DNA of 51,769 bases from Caldilineales bacterium (lineage in GTDB: Bacteria; Chloroflexota; Anaerolineae; J102). Each line of letters opens with the position of its first letter. Position 1 is the stretch's first letter. Location of the stretch: the NCBI GenBank assembly GCA_026417535.1, contig JAOADB010000002.1, positions 1 through 51,769 of the forward strand, written 5' to 3'. A program made the translations under genes and the position numbers. Below are positions 25,874 through 38,384 of the stretch, one piece after another. The notes below the pieces were generated by a model. It was given only the letters and a program-made list of their open reading frames with translations. It did not search any database and was not told the DNA's origin.

Positions 25874-26094
25874 AACGTGTTGTCGGGCTGCAAACGTCGC
25901 GCAGGATGCCGTCTTACGCGACATCTTTCGTCTGCCTGCAGGTCAGAACTCCGAAATCGCTCGCAAGGTGGCAAGGTCCGGCTCCATGGCCGGACTCCGA
26001 GCGGGCTTTTTGTGCTTCCCTCCCCTTGTTTCTCCGTGATTCGGTTTCCCGGCATAGGCTCTCATGCTCGGTTGAATCTGTCGGGTATGACGCG

Positions 26095-26124
26095 TTGCGC
26101 AATGACGGGAGGTATGCGTATAAT
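26095..26124 (+). promoter_or_regulatory. candidate promoter TTGCGC-18-TATAAT upstream of the carboxyltransferase gene
   Basis: Read directly, about 85 nt upstream of ATG 26208. A hairpin GTCCGGC-TCCAT-GGCCGGAC (about 25976-25995) after glgP may terminate the upstream unit. Confidence 0.45.
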
Positions 26125-26207
26125 GCCACCCGCGCCATGTGTCATGCCCCTGCCCCGCTCGCTATCGGTTCTCGTCGTCCTGCGTTACTCTTTTGGAAAC
26201 GTCGCAT

Positions 26208-27758
<1,551 letters not shown>

Positions 27759-27794
27759 ACGCCGCGCTGTTCGCATTCTGTCGGAGGGCGCAGG

Positions 27795-28379
27795 TTGGAG
27801 CCCAGGAAGCTCAGTTTTCGGCTCACCCAGGAGGCCTACAGTCGGTATCCGGGCATCATCGGCTTGGGCACCCTGCTCGATGTGGTCATCCAGAGCGACC
27901 CTCTCCTCGCCGCGGCCTACGATGACCCGACCGGCTGGTACGTGCGACAGCCGGAATCCCACCCTCCAACCCTGACCGCCCTTGGTCTCGACCACTACGC
28001 CTTCAGCGGCGCCGTCCTCGATCGCCATGTCGAGCTGAACGACCTGCAGCTTGTGTACCAGGTGCTGCTCGATTGCGGCCTGCCCATCAGCCTGTGGCTC
28101 CACGACCCAGCAGCGCGACCTGGCGAGGGCTATCTGGGTGAGCACACCCCCGACCCTGGCGCCTGCCTGCAGGGTGTGGCCCATCTGCATCTGGGCTGGG
28201 GCGACGACGAAGCGGCGCCGCCCATGGCCCAAGTGCTCAACGCCGTCGTGGTCGGTATTGACCGTTTGATTTTGCGCAGTGGTCCCGGTTTTGGCACTTT
28301 TCGTTCAGAGAGCACATTATCCAACAAAATCTTCAACCCTGATCAAATCTATCTAACTTTGCGATTTTTCAATTACTAA
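27795..28379 (+). CDS. hypothetical protein inside the carboxylase cluster
   Basis: TTG start with GGAGGG 5 nt upstream. 194 aa with no recognisable motif. The last ~25 codons run into an AT-rich island, so the true C-terminus is uncertain. Confidence 0.45.
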   Translation: MEPRKLSFRLTQEAYSRYPGIIGLGTLLDVVIQSDPLLAAAYDDPTGWYVRQPESHPPTLTALGLDHYAFSGAVLDRHVELNDLQLVYQVLLDCGLPISLWLHDPAARPGEGYLGEHTPDPGACLQGVAHLHLGWGDDEAAPPMAQVLNAVVVGIDRLILRSGPGFGTFRSESTLSNKIFNPDQIYLTLRFFNY

Positions 28380-28578
28380 TACTCAGAAACTCTATTATCC
28401 ATTCGATCATTCAAATAAACTAATCAATCGCTAAGACGCAAAGTCACAAAAATCAACATAAAATATTAGAGGACAATCTATTATCTTTAATACCTTAGTA
28501 TTCTTAATGTCTTTGTAACTTTGTGATTATAAAAAGATCACAAAAAACGACCTTTGAAGTTGCATTTGGGTATAACAT

Positions 28579-30084
28579 ATGTTCAAAAAAGTTTTGATCG
28601 CCAATCGCGGTGAAATTGCAGTGCGCATCATCCGGGCCTGCCAAGAGCGCGGTATCAAGACCGTGGCGGTGTTTTCGGATGTGGACCGGACGGCGCTGCA
28701 TGTGCGCTATGCCGATGAAGCCTATCCCATCGGGCCGGCCCCGGCCCGCGATAGCTATCTCCGCATTGACAAGCTGATTGACGTGGCGCGGCGGGCCGGC
28801 GCCGACGCCGTCCATCCCGGCTACGGCTTCCTGGCCGAAAACGCCGAATTCGCTGCGGCCTGCCGGGACGCGGGGCTCATTTTCATCGGCCCGACGCCCG
28901 AGGCCATCGCCGCCATGGGTGACAAAGTCACGGCGCGGCAAACCGTGGCGCGGGCCGGAGTGCCGTTGGTGCCGGGCACCCCGCGCGATCTGCGCGATGA
29001 GGAGCTCCTGGCCGCGGCCGAGCAATTGGGATACCCGGTCTTGGTCAAGGCGAGCGCTGGCGGCGGCGGCAAGGGAATGCGGCTCGTGCGTCAGCCAGGG
29101 GAGTTGCTCTCGTCGTTGGCCGCCGCCCGTCGCGAGGCCCTGGCCGCGTTCGGCAACGACAGCGTGTATCTCGAGAAGGCCATCGAGGGCGCCCGCCATG
29201 TGGAAATCCAGGTTCTGGCCGACAGCCACGGGAACACGATCTACCTGGGCGAACGTGAATGTTCGATCCAACGCCGCCACCAAAAACTGGTGGAGGAAGC
29301 GCCTTCGGTGGCCGTGGACGCCGATCTGCGCGCCCGGATGGGGGCCGTAGCCGTGGCCGCAGCCGAAGCCGTCAACTACGTCTCGGCCGGGACTGTCGAG
29401 TTCCTGCTCGACAAGGAAGGCCGCTTTTACTTCCTGGAGATGAACACCCGCCTGCAGGTCGAGCATCCGGTAACGGAGATGGTGACCGGCATTGACATCG
29501 TCAAGGAGATGATCGCCATTGCCGATGGCCGTCGTCTGCGCTACAAACAGAGCGATATTCAGATCAAAGGCTGGGCCATCGAATGCCGCATTACAGCCGA
29601 AGACCCCGAGAACAACTTCATGCCTTCGTCCGGTAAGATTGTGGCCTTGCGCGAACCGACCGGGCCAGGCATTCGCGTGGAGTCGGGCCTCTACGAGGGC
29701 ATGGAGGTCTCTCTGTTCTACGACCCGATGATCGCCAAGGTCATCGCCTGGGGCGAAACACGCGCCGAAGCCATCCTGCGCATGCGCCGCGCCCTCAGTG
29801 AGTATCGGATTGCCGGGATCAAGACGTCCATCCCGTTCCACATCGGCCTGATGGACACCCCGCGTTTCCAGTGGGGCCAATTCGATACCCAATTCCTGAA
29901 CACCTACACGCCCCTGTCGGTGCCCGGAGCCGAAGAGGACGAGCGTTTGGCCGCCATCGTCGGCGCTTTGCTGGCGCACGAGCGCGGGCTGCGCGCCCTG
30001 GCCATCAGCCATGGTGCTGAGGCGGGCGGCGTCAGCTCCTGGCGACGGGCGGCCCTGTTGTCCGGCGTGCGTGCGCTGTTCTGA
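28579..30084 (+). CDS. accC: biotin carboxylase subunit of acetyl/propionyl-CoA carboxylase
   Basis: MFKKVLIANRGEIAVRIIRAC, GYGFLAENAEFA, KASAGGGGKGMR, EMNTRLQVEHPVTE. Confidence 0.96.
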   Translation: MFKKVLIANRGEIAVRIIRACQERGIKTVAVFSDVDRTALHVRYADEAYPIGPAPARDSYLRIDKLIDVARRAGADAVHPGYGFLAENAEFAAACRDAGLIFIGPTPEAIAAMGDKVTARQTVARAGVPLVPGTPRDLRDEELLAAAEQLGYPVLVKASAGGGGKGMRLVRQPGELLSSLAAARREALAAFGNDSVYLEKAIEGARHVEIQVLADSHGNTIYLGERECSIQRRHQKLVEEAPSVAVDADLRARMGAVAVAAAEAVNYVSAGTVEFLLDKEGRFYFLEMNTRLQVEHPVTEMVTGIDIVKEMIAIADGRRLRYKQSDIQIKGWAIECRITAEDPENNFMPSSGKIVALREPTGPGIRVESGLYEGMEVSLFYDPMIAKVIAWGETRAEAILRMRRALSEYRIAGIKTSIPFHIGLMDTPRFQWGQFDTQFLNTYTPLSVPGAEEDERLAAIVGALLAHERGLRALAISHGAEAGGVSSWRRAALLSGVRALF

Positions 30085-30274
30085 GCTGCGAAAGCTCACA
30101 AACGTCAAAAATACGATGATCACGCAATTACAACTTTCTTAATCACCAAGACACAAGAACACAAAGGTACATGAAATAACATAGAATGTCAAAAACTGAC
30201 TATATTTGATAATACTCTTAGTGTTTTAGTGTCTTTGTGGTTACAATTATCCATTTTCGAGTAAAACGATCATT

Positions 30275-30772
30275 ATGAAATACGTAGCACAAGTCGGCGA
30301 TAATTCCTACGAGATCGAAATTGACGATAACGGCGCCGTGCGTCTCGATGGCCAGTTGTTGCAGGCCAGCCTGTTGCAGGTAGGGCCGCTGGGGCTGTAC
30401 TCCCTCCTGATCGAGAACCGGTCGCGCGAGCTCGTCGTGGAAGAGACACCGCAGGGCTACCGCGTGACCCTGGGGAGCCGGACCTTCCATGTGCGCGTGG
30501 CCGACGAGCGCGAACTGCGTCTGGCCGGCAGCCGGACCGGGCCTGTGGCCTCAACGGGCGAAGTCCATCTCAAGGCGCCCATCCCCGGCATGGTCGTGCG
30601 GGTGCTCGTGCGCGGGGGCGAGGCGGTCACGCCCGGGCAGCCGTTGGTCATCCTGGAGGCCATGAAGATGGAAAACGAGCTGCGAGCGCCGCGGGCAGGA
30701 ACCGTCAGCGATGTCAAAGTGAAAGCGGGGGAACGGGTCGAACAGGGCGCCGTTTTACTGGTTTTGCACTAA
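30275..30772 (+). CDS. biotin carboxyl carrier protein (biotinyl/lipoyl domain)
   Basis: The C-terminal domain has the biotinylation motif LEAMKMENEL; 165 aa. Confidence 0.88.
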   Translation: MKYVAQVGDNSYEIEIDDNGAVRLDGQLLQASLLQVGPLGLYSLLIENRSRELVVEETPQGYRVTLGSRTFHVRVADERELRLAGSRTGPVASTGEVHLKAPIPGMVVRVLVRGGEAVTPGQPLVILEAMKMENELRAPRAGTVSDVKVKAGERVEQGAVLLVLH

Positions 30773-30893
30773 AACCGCTCGCAAGGTGAAAACATTCGGC
30801 TCGTGGCGATGGGGATGGCATTCGGCCTGAGCAGCTCTTTCCCCCAAAACCGTCTTTCCCCGCATTCATCTGTTCCTTTCCGGTAACGAAACG

Positions 30894-31289
30894 ATGAGCG
30901 AGTATTACGAAGCAGTAGGTCGCCGCAAAACGGCGACGGCGCGCGTCCGCCTGTATCCGGCCGCCGAGCGAACCGAGTTTATCGTCAACGACAAGCCCAT
31001 GCCCGAATTCTTCACCCGCCTGCTCGATCAGCACCTGATCATGGAGCCGCTGCGGGCCGTGGGCGCGGAGAATCGGTTCAACATCTCGGTCCTGGTTCAG
31101 GGCGGCGGCGTGAGCGGTCAGGCCGGCGCCGTGCGTCTGGGCCTGGCGCGTGCGCTGACGCTGGTGGACCCCAACCTGCGGCCGTTGCTGAAGCGCGCGG
31201 GTTTCCTGGTACGCGATGCCAGGGCCAAGGAACGCAAGAAGCCCGGTCTCAAGCGCGCCCGCAAGGCCCCGCAGTACACGAAGCGCTAA
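30894..31289 (+). CDS. rpsI: 30S ribosomal protein S9
   Basis: GRRKTATARVRL...GGGVSGQAGAVRLGLARAL...RDARAKERKKPGLKRARKAPQYTKR. Confidence 0.97.
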   Translation: MSEYYEAVGRRKTATARVRLYPAAERTEFIVNDKPMPEFFTRLLDQHLIMEPLRAVGAENRFNISVLVQGGGVSGQAGAVRLGLARALTLVDPNLRPLLKRAGFLVRDARAKERKKPGLKRARKAPQYTKR

Positions 31290-31298
31290 GGCTGCGCC

Positions 31299-31427
31299 GA
31301 CGAAGGACGGAGGGCGGAGGACGAAACAACTCCGTCTTCCGTCGTTCGTCCTTCGTCCTAGCGAGCGGCCAATGGCGGGAAGGGGAAACCCATTTCGGAG
31401 CGTGAGGCAGTGGGCTGAACAGTTACC
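31299..31427 (+). repeat. ~115-nt conserved intergenic element, copy B (5' pentamer-palindrome hairpin variant)
   Basis: GACGAAGGACGGAGGGCGGAGGACGAAAC..CCGTCTTCCGTCGTTCGTCCTTCGTCC-TAGCGAGCGGCCAATGGCGGGAAGGGGAAACCCATTTCGGAGCGTGAGGCAGTGGGCTGAACAGTTACC. Confidence 0.8.
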
Positions 31428-31475
31428 GCAAGACAAAGCGGTTGAGTCGTTGCGTCACACCGAAAGACCCCCTCG

Positions 31476-32000
31476 ATGAAACCGTTTGCCGGTGTGCTCA
31501 CCGTCAGCGATAGCGCCAGCCGCGGGGAAGGGGAGGACCGCAGCGGACCGCTCCTGGTCGAGCTGGTGCAATCGCTTTGGCCGGATCGTCCCTGTCTGCG
31601 GGCGGTGGTGCCTGATGAACGCGAGGCCATTGCCGCCCAATTGCGGGCCTGGGCCGACGAAGAGGACCTGGCCCTCATCCTGACCACGGGCGGTACCGGT
31701 TTGGCCCCGCGTGATGTGACGCCCGAGGCCACCCGCCAGGTGATGGACCGCGAGGCGCCCGGCATCGCCGAGGCCATCCGCGCCGCCGGCCTGGCCGTGA
31801 CTCCGCATGCCATGCTCTCGCGCGGGGTGGCCGGGATGCGGGGGCGCACGCTGATCGTCAACCTATCCGGCAGCCCCAAGGCCGTGCGCGAGCAATTCGC
31901 CGTCATTGCGCCCGTGTTGCCCCACGCCTTGGAGCTGCTCCGTCCCGAGGGCGAGGGCATTCGCTACGCCCGCGCCGGGGAGCATCGTCGCGAGGGCTAA
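31476..32000 (+). CDS. molybdenum cofactor biosynthesis protein (MogA/MoaB family)
   Basis: AGVLTVSDSASRGEGEDRSGP...LILTTGGTGLAPRDVTPEAT...GRTLIVNLSGSPKAV. Confidence 0.88.
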   Translation: MKPFAGVLTVSDSASRGEGEDRSGPLLVELVQSLWPDRPCLRAVVPDEREAIAAQLRAWADEEDLALILTTGGTGLAPRDVTPEATRQVMDREAPGIAEAIRAAGLAVTPHAMLSRGVAGMRGRTLIVNLSGSPKAVREQFAVIAPVLPHALELLRPEGEGIRYARAGEHRREG

Positions 32001-32722
32001 AGCCGTTCTGGCGCCCAAAAGACCACATCCATCCGCCGGGCAAAATGCAGGAGGGGAGGCGTTTCGGGCAGGGGGATGCCCAGCGCCAGGGTCATCGTGT
32101 TCGTGAGGATGTCGGCGGCGGCCGGTTGCAGGGGCCAGGGGGCATGGTCGTTTTCGGCCCGGTAGAGTCGGCCCCGGCGGTCGGTCGTGTAGAGGCAGTA
32201 GCGTTCGGTCAGCCAGTGATCGAGATGGCCCGGTTGGGTCCGGTACGGCTCGCCGATGGGCCGGTAGCGAGCCGCGAAGGCGGCAGCCGGCGCCCGCGGG
32301 TGGGTGCGCACGCTCGTGTAGTCGAAGCCATCGCCCGCGGCGGTCACGCGCATACGGGCCTGGAAATAGGGCAGATGATACCACAACCGGGCGGCCCACA
32401 CGACCGTGGTGCGGCCGGCATCCAGGCTGAAGAACCACACGCCGGGCTTGTGACCGTCGCTGACGTAGGTGCGCACGTTCAACTCGGGCAGATCGCCCAG
32501 GCCGAAGGGCAGGGGCAACCGAAAAGGCCGGGTGTGGCGCATGACGAAGGGGACAACGGCGATCCAGGCCGTGCCGTCGAACGTGTCAACGGTCAGACTC
32601 GCCGGGATACGCGGGCGCAGAAGCTCGACCGGTACCGGCCAATGCGCAAACAGCAGGTCGCACCATGTCTGCGACATGATCCAGGGCCGGTCGGGCGCGG
32701 GCCAGGGGCGATGGGTGGGCAT
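31997..32722 (-). CDS. DUF2071 (YqjF-like) family protein
   Basis: WCDLLFAHWPVPVELLRPRIPASLTVDTFDGTAWIAVVPFVMR...LPELNVRTYV. Start moved to ATG 32722; the upstream part of the track ORF translates repeats. Confidence 0.7.
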   Translation of the reverse strand: MPTHRPWPAPDRPWIMSQTWCDLLFAHWPVPVELLRPRIPASLTVDTFDGTAWIAVVPFVMRHTRPFRLPLPFGLGDLPELNVRTYVSDGHKPGVWFFSLDAGRTTVVWAARLWYHLPYFQARMRVTAAGDGFDYTSVRTHPRAPAAAFAARYRPIGEPYRTQPGHLDHWLTERYCLYTTDRRGRLYRAENDHAPWPLQPAAADILTNTMTLALGIPLPETPPLLHFARRMDVVFWAPERL

Positions 32723-32899
32723 GGGGACGATGGACGATGGTTGATAGAGGGTGGACGATAGAGGATAGGACGGTGCGTGGAGGGTTTTGTTCGTCTTCCG
32801 TCGCTCGTCCTTCGTCCTGCTTTTGGCCAGGCGTCGGGACGAGATGAAGCTCCTTTCAGCTCCTCCAAGCTCCTCAAGCTCCCCCAAACTCCCTCCTCA

Positions 32900-35592
<2,693 letters not shown>

Positions 35593-35890
35593 GATGGCGC
35601 TCCTGAACAGGTGAAACGGAACGGCAGATGTCGTCGTGCTTCCCGGAACGGGGCCGATGGACAAGACGAAAGACGAAGGACGAAAGACGGAGGGCCGTCG
35701 TCTGCCGCCGTTCGTCCTTCGTCTCGACCTGGGGCCGATGACGGGATGGAGAGACCGATGCGCTCTTGCGGAGTGTAACCAAACCCGGCCCGAACGGCAA
35801 TCCAGCAGCCTCACTGCGGCAAGGCATGACCGGCCGAAAAGCTCCCCCAGCTCCCTCCAACAGCTCCCCCAACTCCCCCCAACTCCCTTC

Positions 35891-36682
35891 TCACCTGACG
35901 GCATCGTTCGCTGCGGGCAGCGGCGGCAACGCCACAAAGTAGCGCCCGGCCAGGCTGGCCCAGGTGCCATCGGCCAGGATGGCGGCCAGGGCCTCGTTCA
36001 CGGCAGATGCCAGTTTCTCGGCCCGGCGCGGCATAAGGATGACATACGGGTCGGAGACGAGGGGTGGGTTGTGGATGACCAGGCCGGCCGGCAGGGTCAA
36101 GCCCGCGGTCACGGCATCCACGACGGCCGCAACGGCATCGCCTTCGGCCACGGCCATGAGGGCCTCGGCCGGCGTCTCACAGCGCAGCACCTGCAGGCTG
36201 TGCTCTCGTGCCCAGGCATCCCCCACACTGCCCCATTCGACGGCCACGGTCCCATGGCCCACCGTCTCCGGCGTCGGCCCGGCTTCGTCGGCCGTCACCC
36301 AGACCAGGCCGGCCTCGAAATAGGGCCGGCTAAAGCTCACATCGCGGGCCAGGCGAGGGTCCAGGGGGAAGGCCGAGATGACCATGTCGCTCTTGCCGGC
36401 GATGACGGCATCCGCCAACCCATCGAAAGCGATGGCTTGGAAATGCACGGTCACGTTCAACCGGCGGCCCAGTTCGTGCGCCAGGTCCACATCGAAACCC
36501 ACCGGTTGGCCGGCCTCGTCGAGGGTTTCAAAGGGCGGAAACGTCGGGTCGAGGGCTACCCGCAACGGTTCGCCCCTCTGCAACCGGGCCCAGACCGGGT
36601 CGCGCGGGGGCAAAAGCGGCCACAGCAGTGCCAGGAGCGCCAGCATCCCCACCACGAACAGGAGCGACCGAACCTTGCTCAT
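35891..36682 (-). CDS. ABC transporter substrate-binding protein, family 3 (amino-acid type)
   Basis: Signal-anchor MSKVRSLLFVVGMLALLALL, then LRVALDPTFPPFETLDEAGQPVGFDVDLAHELGRRLNV...AFDGLADAVIAGKSDMVISAF...SRPYF. Confidence 0.82.
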   Translation of the reverse strand: MSKVRSLLFVVGMLALLALLWPLLPPRDPVWARLQRGEPLRVALDPTFPPFETLDEAGQPVGFDVDLAHELGRRLNVTVHFQAIAFDGLADAVIAGKSDMVISAFPLDPRLARDVSFSRPYFEAGLVWVTADEAGPTPETVGHGTVAVEWGSVGDAWAREHSLQVLRCETPAEALMAVAEGDAVAAVVDAVTAGLTLPAGLVIHNPPLVSDPYVILMPRRAEKLASAVNEALAAILADGTWASLAGRYFVALPPLPAANDAVR

Positions 36683-37587
36683 GACGCCACGGTCGGGACG
36701 GCCTCCGCCCGAACAGAACCGGCTTCGTCCCAGGCCGCCATGACGGTCTCGCGCAACAGCACCGCGGCGAGATGACGGCGATAGGCCGCCGAGCTGCGAT
36801 GGGGACTGGAACGAAAATGGGCCTCGGCCAGCAAGGCGGTCAGGGCCTCGGCCAACGCGGTTTCCGTGGCCGCGCAGCCGCACAGGGCCTGCTCGGTGGC
36901 CGTCAGCCGCCGGGGAACCGGGCCGGTCGGACCCGCAGCGATGCGGATGGCCGTGATGACATCGCCCTGTCGTTCCAACCATACGGCCATGTTGAGGATG
37001 GCGATGGCCACACCTTGGGGACGCATGACCCGCCGAAACGCCGAAGCCTGACCCTCTCTGCGCAGAGGCAGATGGAAACCCACGATCAGCTCGCCTTGCG
37101 GGTCGAGGGCGCTGCGGCCAGGGCCGCGGTAGAGTTCGGCAACCGGTTGGCATCGGCGGCCCCGGCGGTCGGCGATCTCGGCCGTGGCATCGAGGGCGAT
37201 CAAGGCGATGGCGCCGTCGGCCGCGGGCAAGGCGTGGGCCACATTACCCCCCAGGGTTGCGACATTGCGCACCTGCGGCCCACCGATCAGGGCGCAGGCT
37301 TGGGCCAGCGCCTGAGCATGATGGACGACCAGGGGCGACGTTACGATCCGGCTTAGGGGCGCGGCCGCGCCGATGTAAAGGCCATCCGGGCGTAGCGCGA
37401 TGGCCGTCAGCTCGGGAATGCGGGTGATATCCACCAGCGTGTGCACGGGTGGATGTCGGCCTTGCTCGATGTCGAGCAACAGGTCGGTGCCGCCGGCGAT
37501 CACACGGGCCGGACCGGGTGCCCTGGCCAGGGCGTCCAGGGCATCGGCCACGGAATGGGCGATGTGATACACCTGCCAGCGCCCCAT
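36679..37587 (-). CDS. FAD-binding subunit of the xanthine dehydrogenase/CO dehydrogenase family (CoxM-like), no partner subunits nearby
   Basis: ARVIAGGTDLLLDIEQG...LVDITRIPEL...VRNVATLGGNVAHALPAADG (FAD_binding_5). AAGGTGG sits before ATG 37587. The stop overlaps the SBP start (ATGA). Confidence 0.8.
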   Translation of the reverse strand: MGRWQVYHIAHSVADALDALARAPGPARVIAGGTDLLLDIEQGRHPPVHTLVDITRIPELTAIALRPDGLYIGAAAPLSRIVTSPLVVHHAQALAQACALIGGPQVRNVATLGGNVAHALPAADGAIALIALDATAEIADRRGRRCQPVAELYRGPGRSALDPQGELIVGFHLPLRREGQASAFRRVMRPQGVAIAILNMAVWLERQGDVITAIRIAAGPTGPVPRRLTATEQALCGCAATETALAEALTALLAEAHFRSSPHRSSAAYRRHLAAVLLRETVMAAWDEAGSVRAEAVPTVAS

Positions 37588-37598
37588 CCCTACCACCT

Positions 37599-38345
37599 TC
37601 ACGCGTCCGGCGTGGCCTCATCGGGCGCCGTTTCGTCCCCGATGGGGGGCGTGATGGGATCGCCGCCGACTTCCGGCGCTCCCTCAACGGCCAGAAAATA
37701 GCCTTGCCCGCGCACGGTGCGGATGAACTGGGGATGCTCCGGATCGAGTTCGATGCATTCGCGCAGCCAGCGGATATGGACATCGAGGGTGCGGGTATCG
37801 CCCAAATAGGCCGTGTTCCAGATGGTCTGCATGAACTGGCGCCGGCTGATGACCTGACCGGGATGACGCACCAGGTAATCGAGGAGCTGGAACTGCTTGG
37901 GCGGCAACAGGCACACCCCGCGCGGCGACCGCACACAGCGGGTACGTCGGTCGAGGGTCAACGGCCCGATGGTGACGACGTAATCACGGCGCGAAAGCAG
38001 GAGTTTCTGCACCAGGTTGAGCAGACGCCGGGCGGTAAAGGGACGGGTTAGGTAGTCGTCATAGCCGCCGAGACCGGCGATACGGCTGTGGTCGTTGACG
38101 ATGAGGATGACGAAAGGTGCCGAGGCTTTGCGCGTGGCGGCATGGAGCAGGCGATGGAGGTTGATAGGGCTCGGCGTCGTGGCGTCAATGATGACCACAT
38201 CGCTTTCGAGATCGGCCAGGGCGCGCAATCCCGGTCGCAGGCCGGCTACTAACTTCAAACGATAACCCTGCGCCTCGATGGCGCGTAAAATCTCGTGGTC
38301 GCTTGCAACTTTGCCGATATAGAGGAGCTGTTCCTGTCCTGACAT
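37599..38345 (-). CDS. OmpR/PhoB-type winged-helix response regulator with an atypical receiver domain
   Basis: The C-terminal part LPPKQFQLLDYLVRHPGQVISRRQFMQTIWN...DVHIRWLRECIE...IRTVRGQGYF is Trans_reg_C. The receiver keeps D in VVIIDATTP. It lacks the N-terminal acidic pair (GKVASD), and the conserved Lys is Arg (YLTRPF). Confidence 0.85.
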   Translation of the reverse strand: MSGQEQLLYIGKVASDHEILRAIEAQGYRLKLVAGLRPGLRALADLESDVVIIDATTPSPINLHRLLHAATRKASAPFVILIVNDHSRIAGLGGYDDYLTRPFTARRLLNLVQKLLLSRRDYVVTIGPLTLDRRTRCVRSPRGVCLLPPKQFQLLDYLVRHPGQVISRRQFMQTIWNTAYLGDTRTLDVHIRWLRECIELDPEHPQFIRTVRGQGYFLAVEGAPEVGGDPITPPIGDETAPDEATPDA

Positions 38346-38384
38346 AGCCCAACGGCACCAAGGATGGGGAGGCGATGGAGAGAT

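Noticed and set aside
28520-28544. CRP/FNR-like palindrome TTTGTGAT-N9-ATCACAAA upstream of accC
   Set aside because: The TGTGA and TCACA half-sites are 11 nt apart rather than the 6 nt of CRP/FNR sites. I keep it only as part of the AT-rich island observation.
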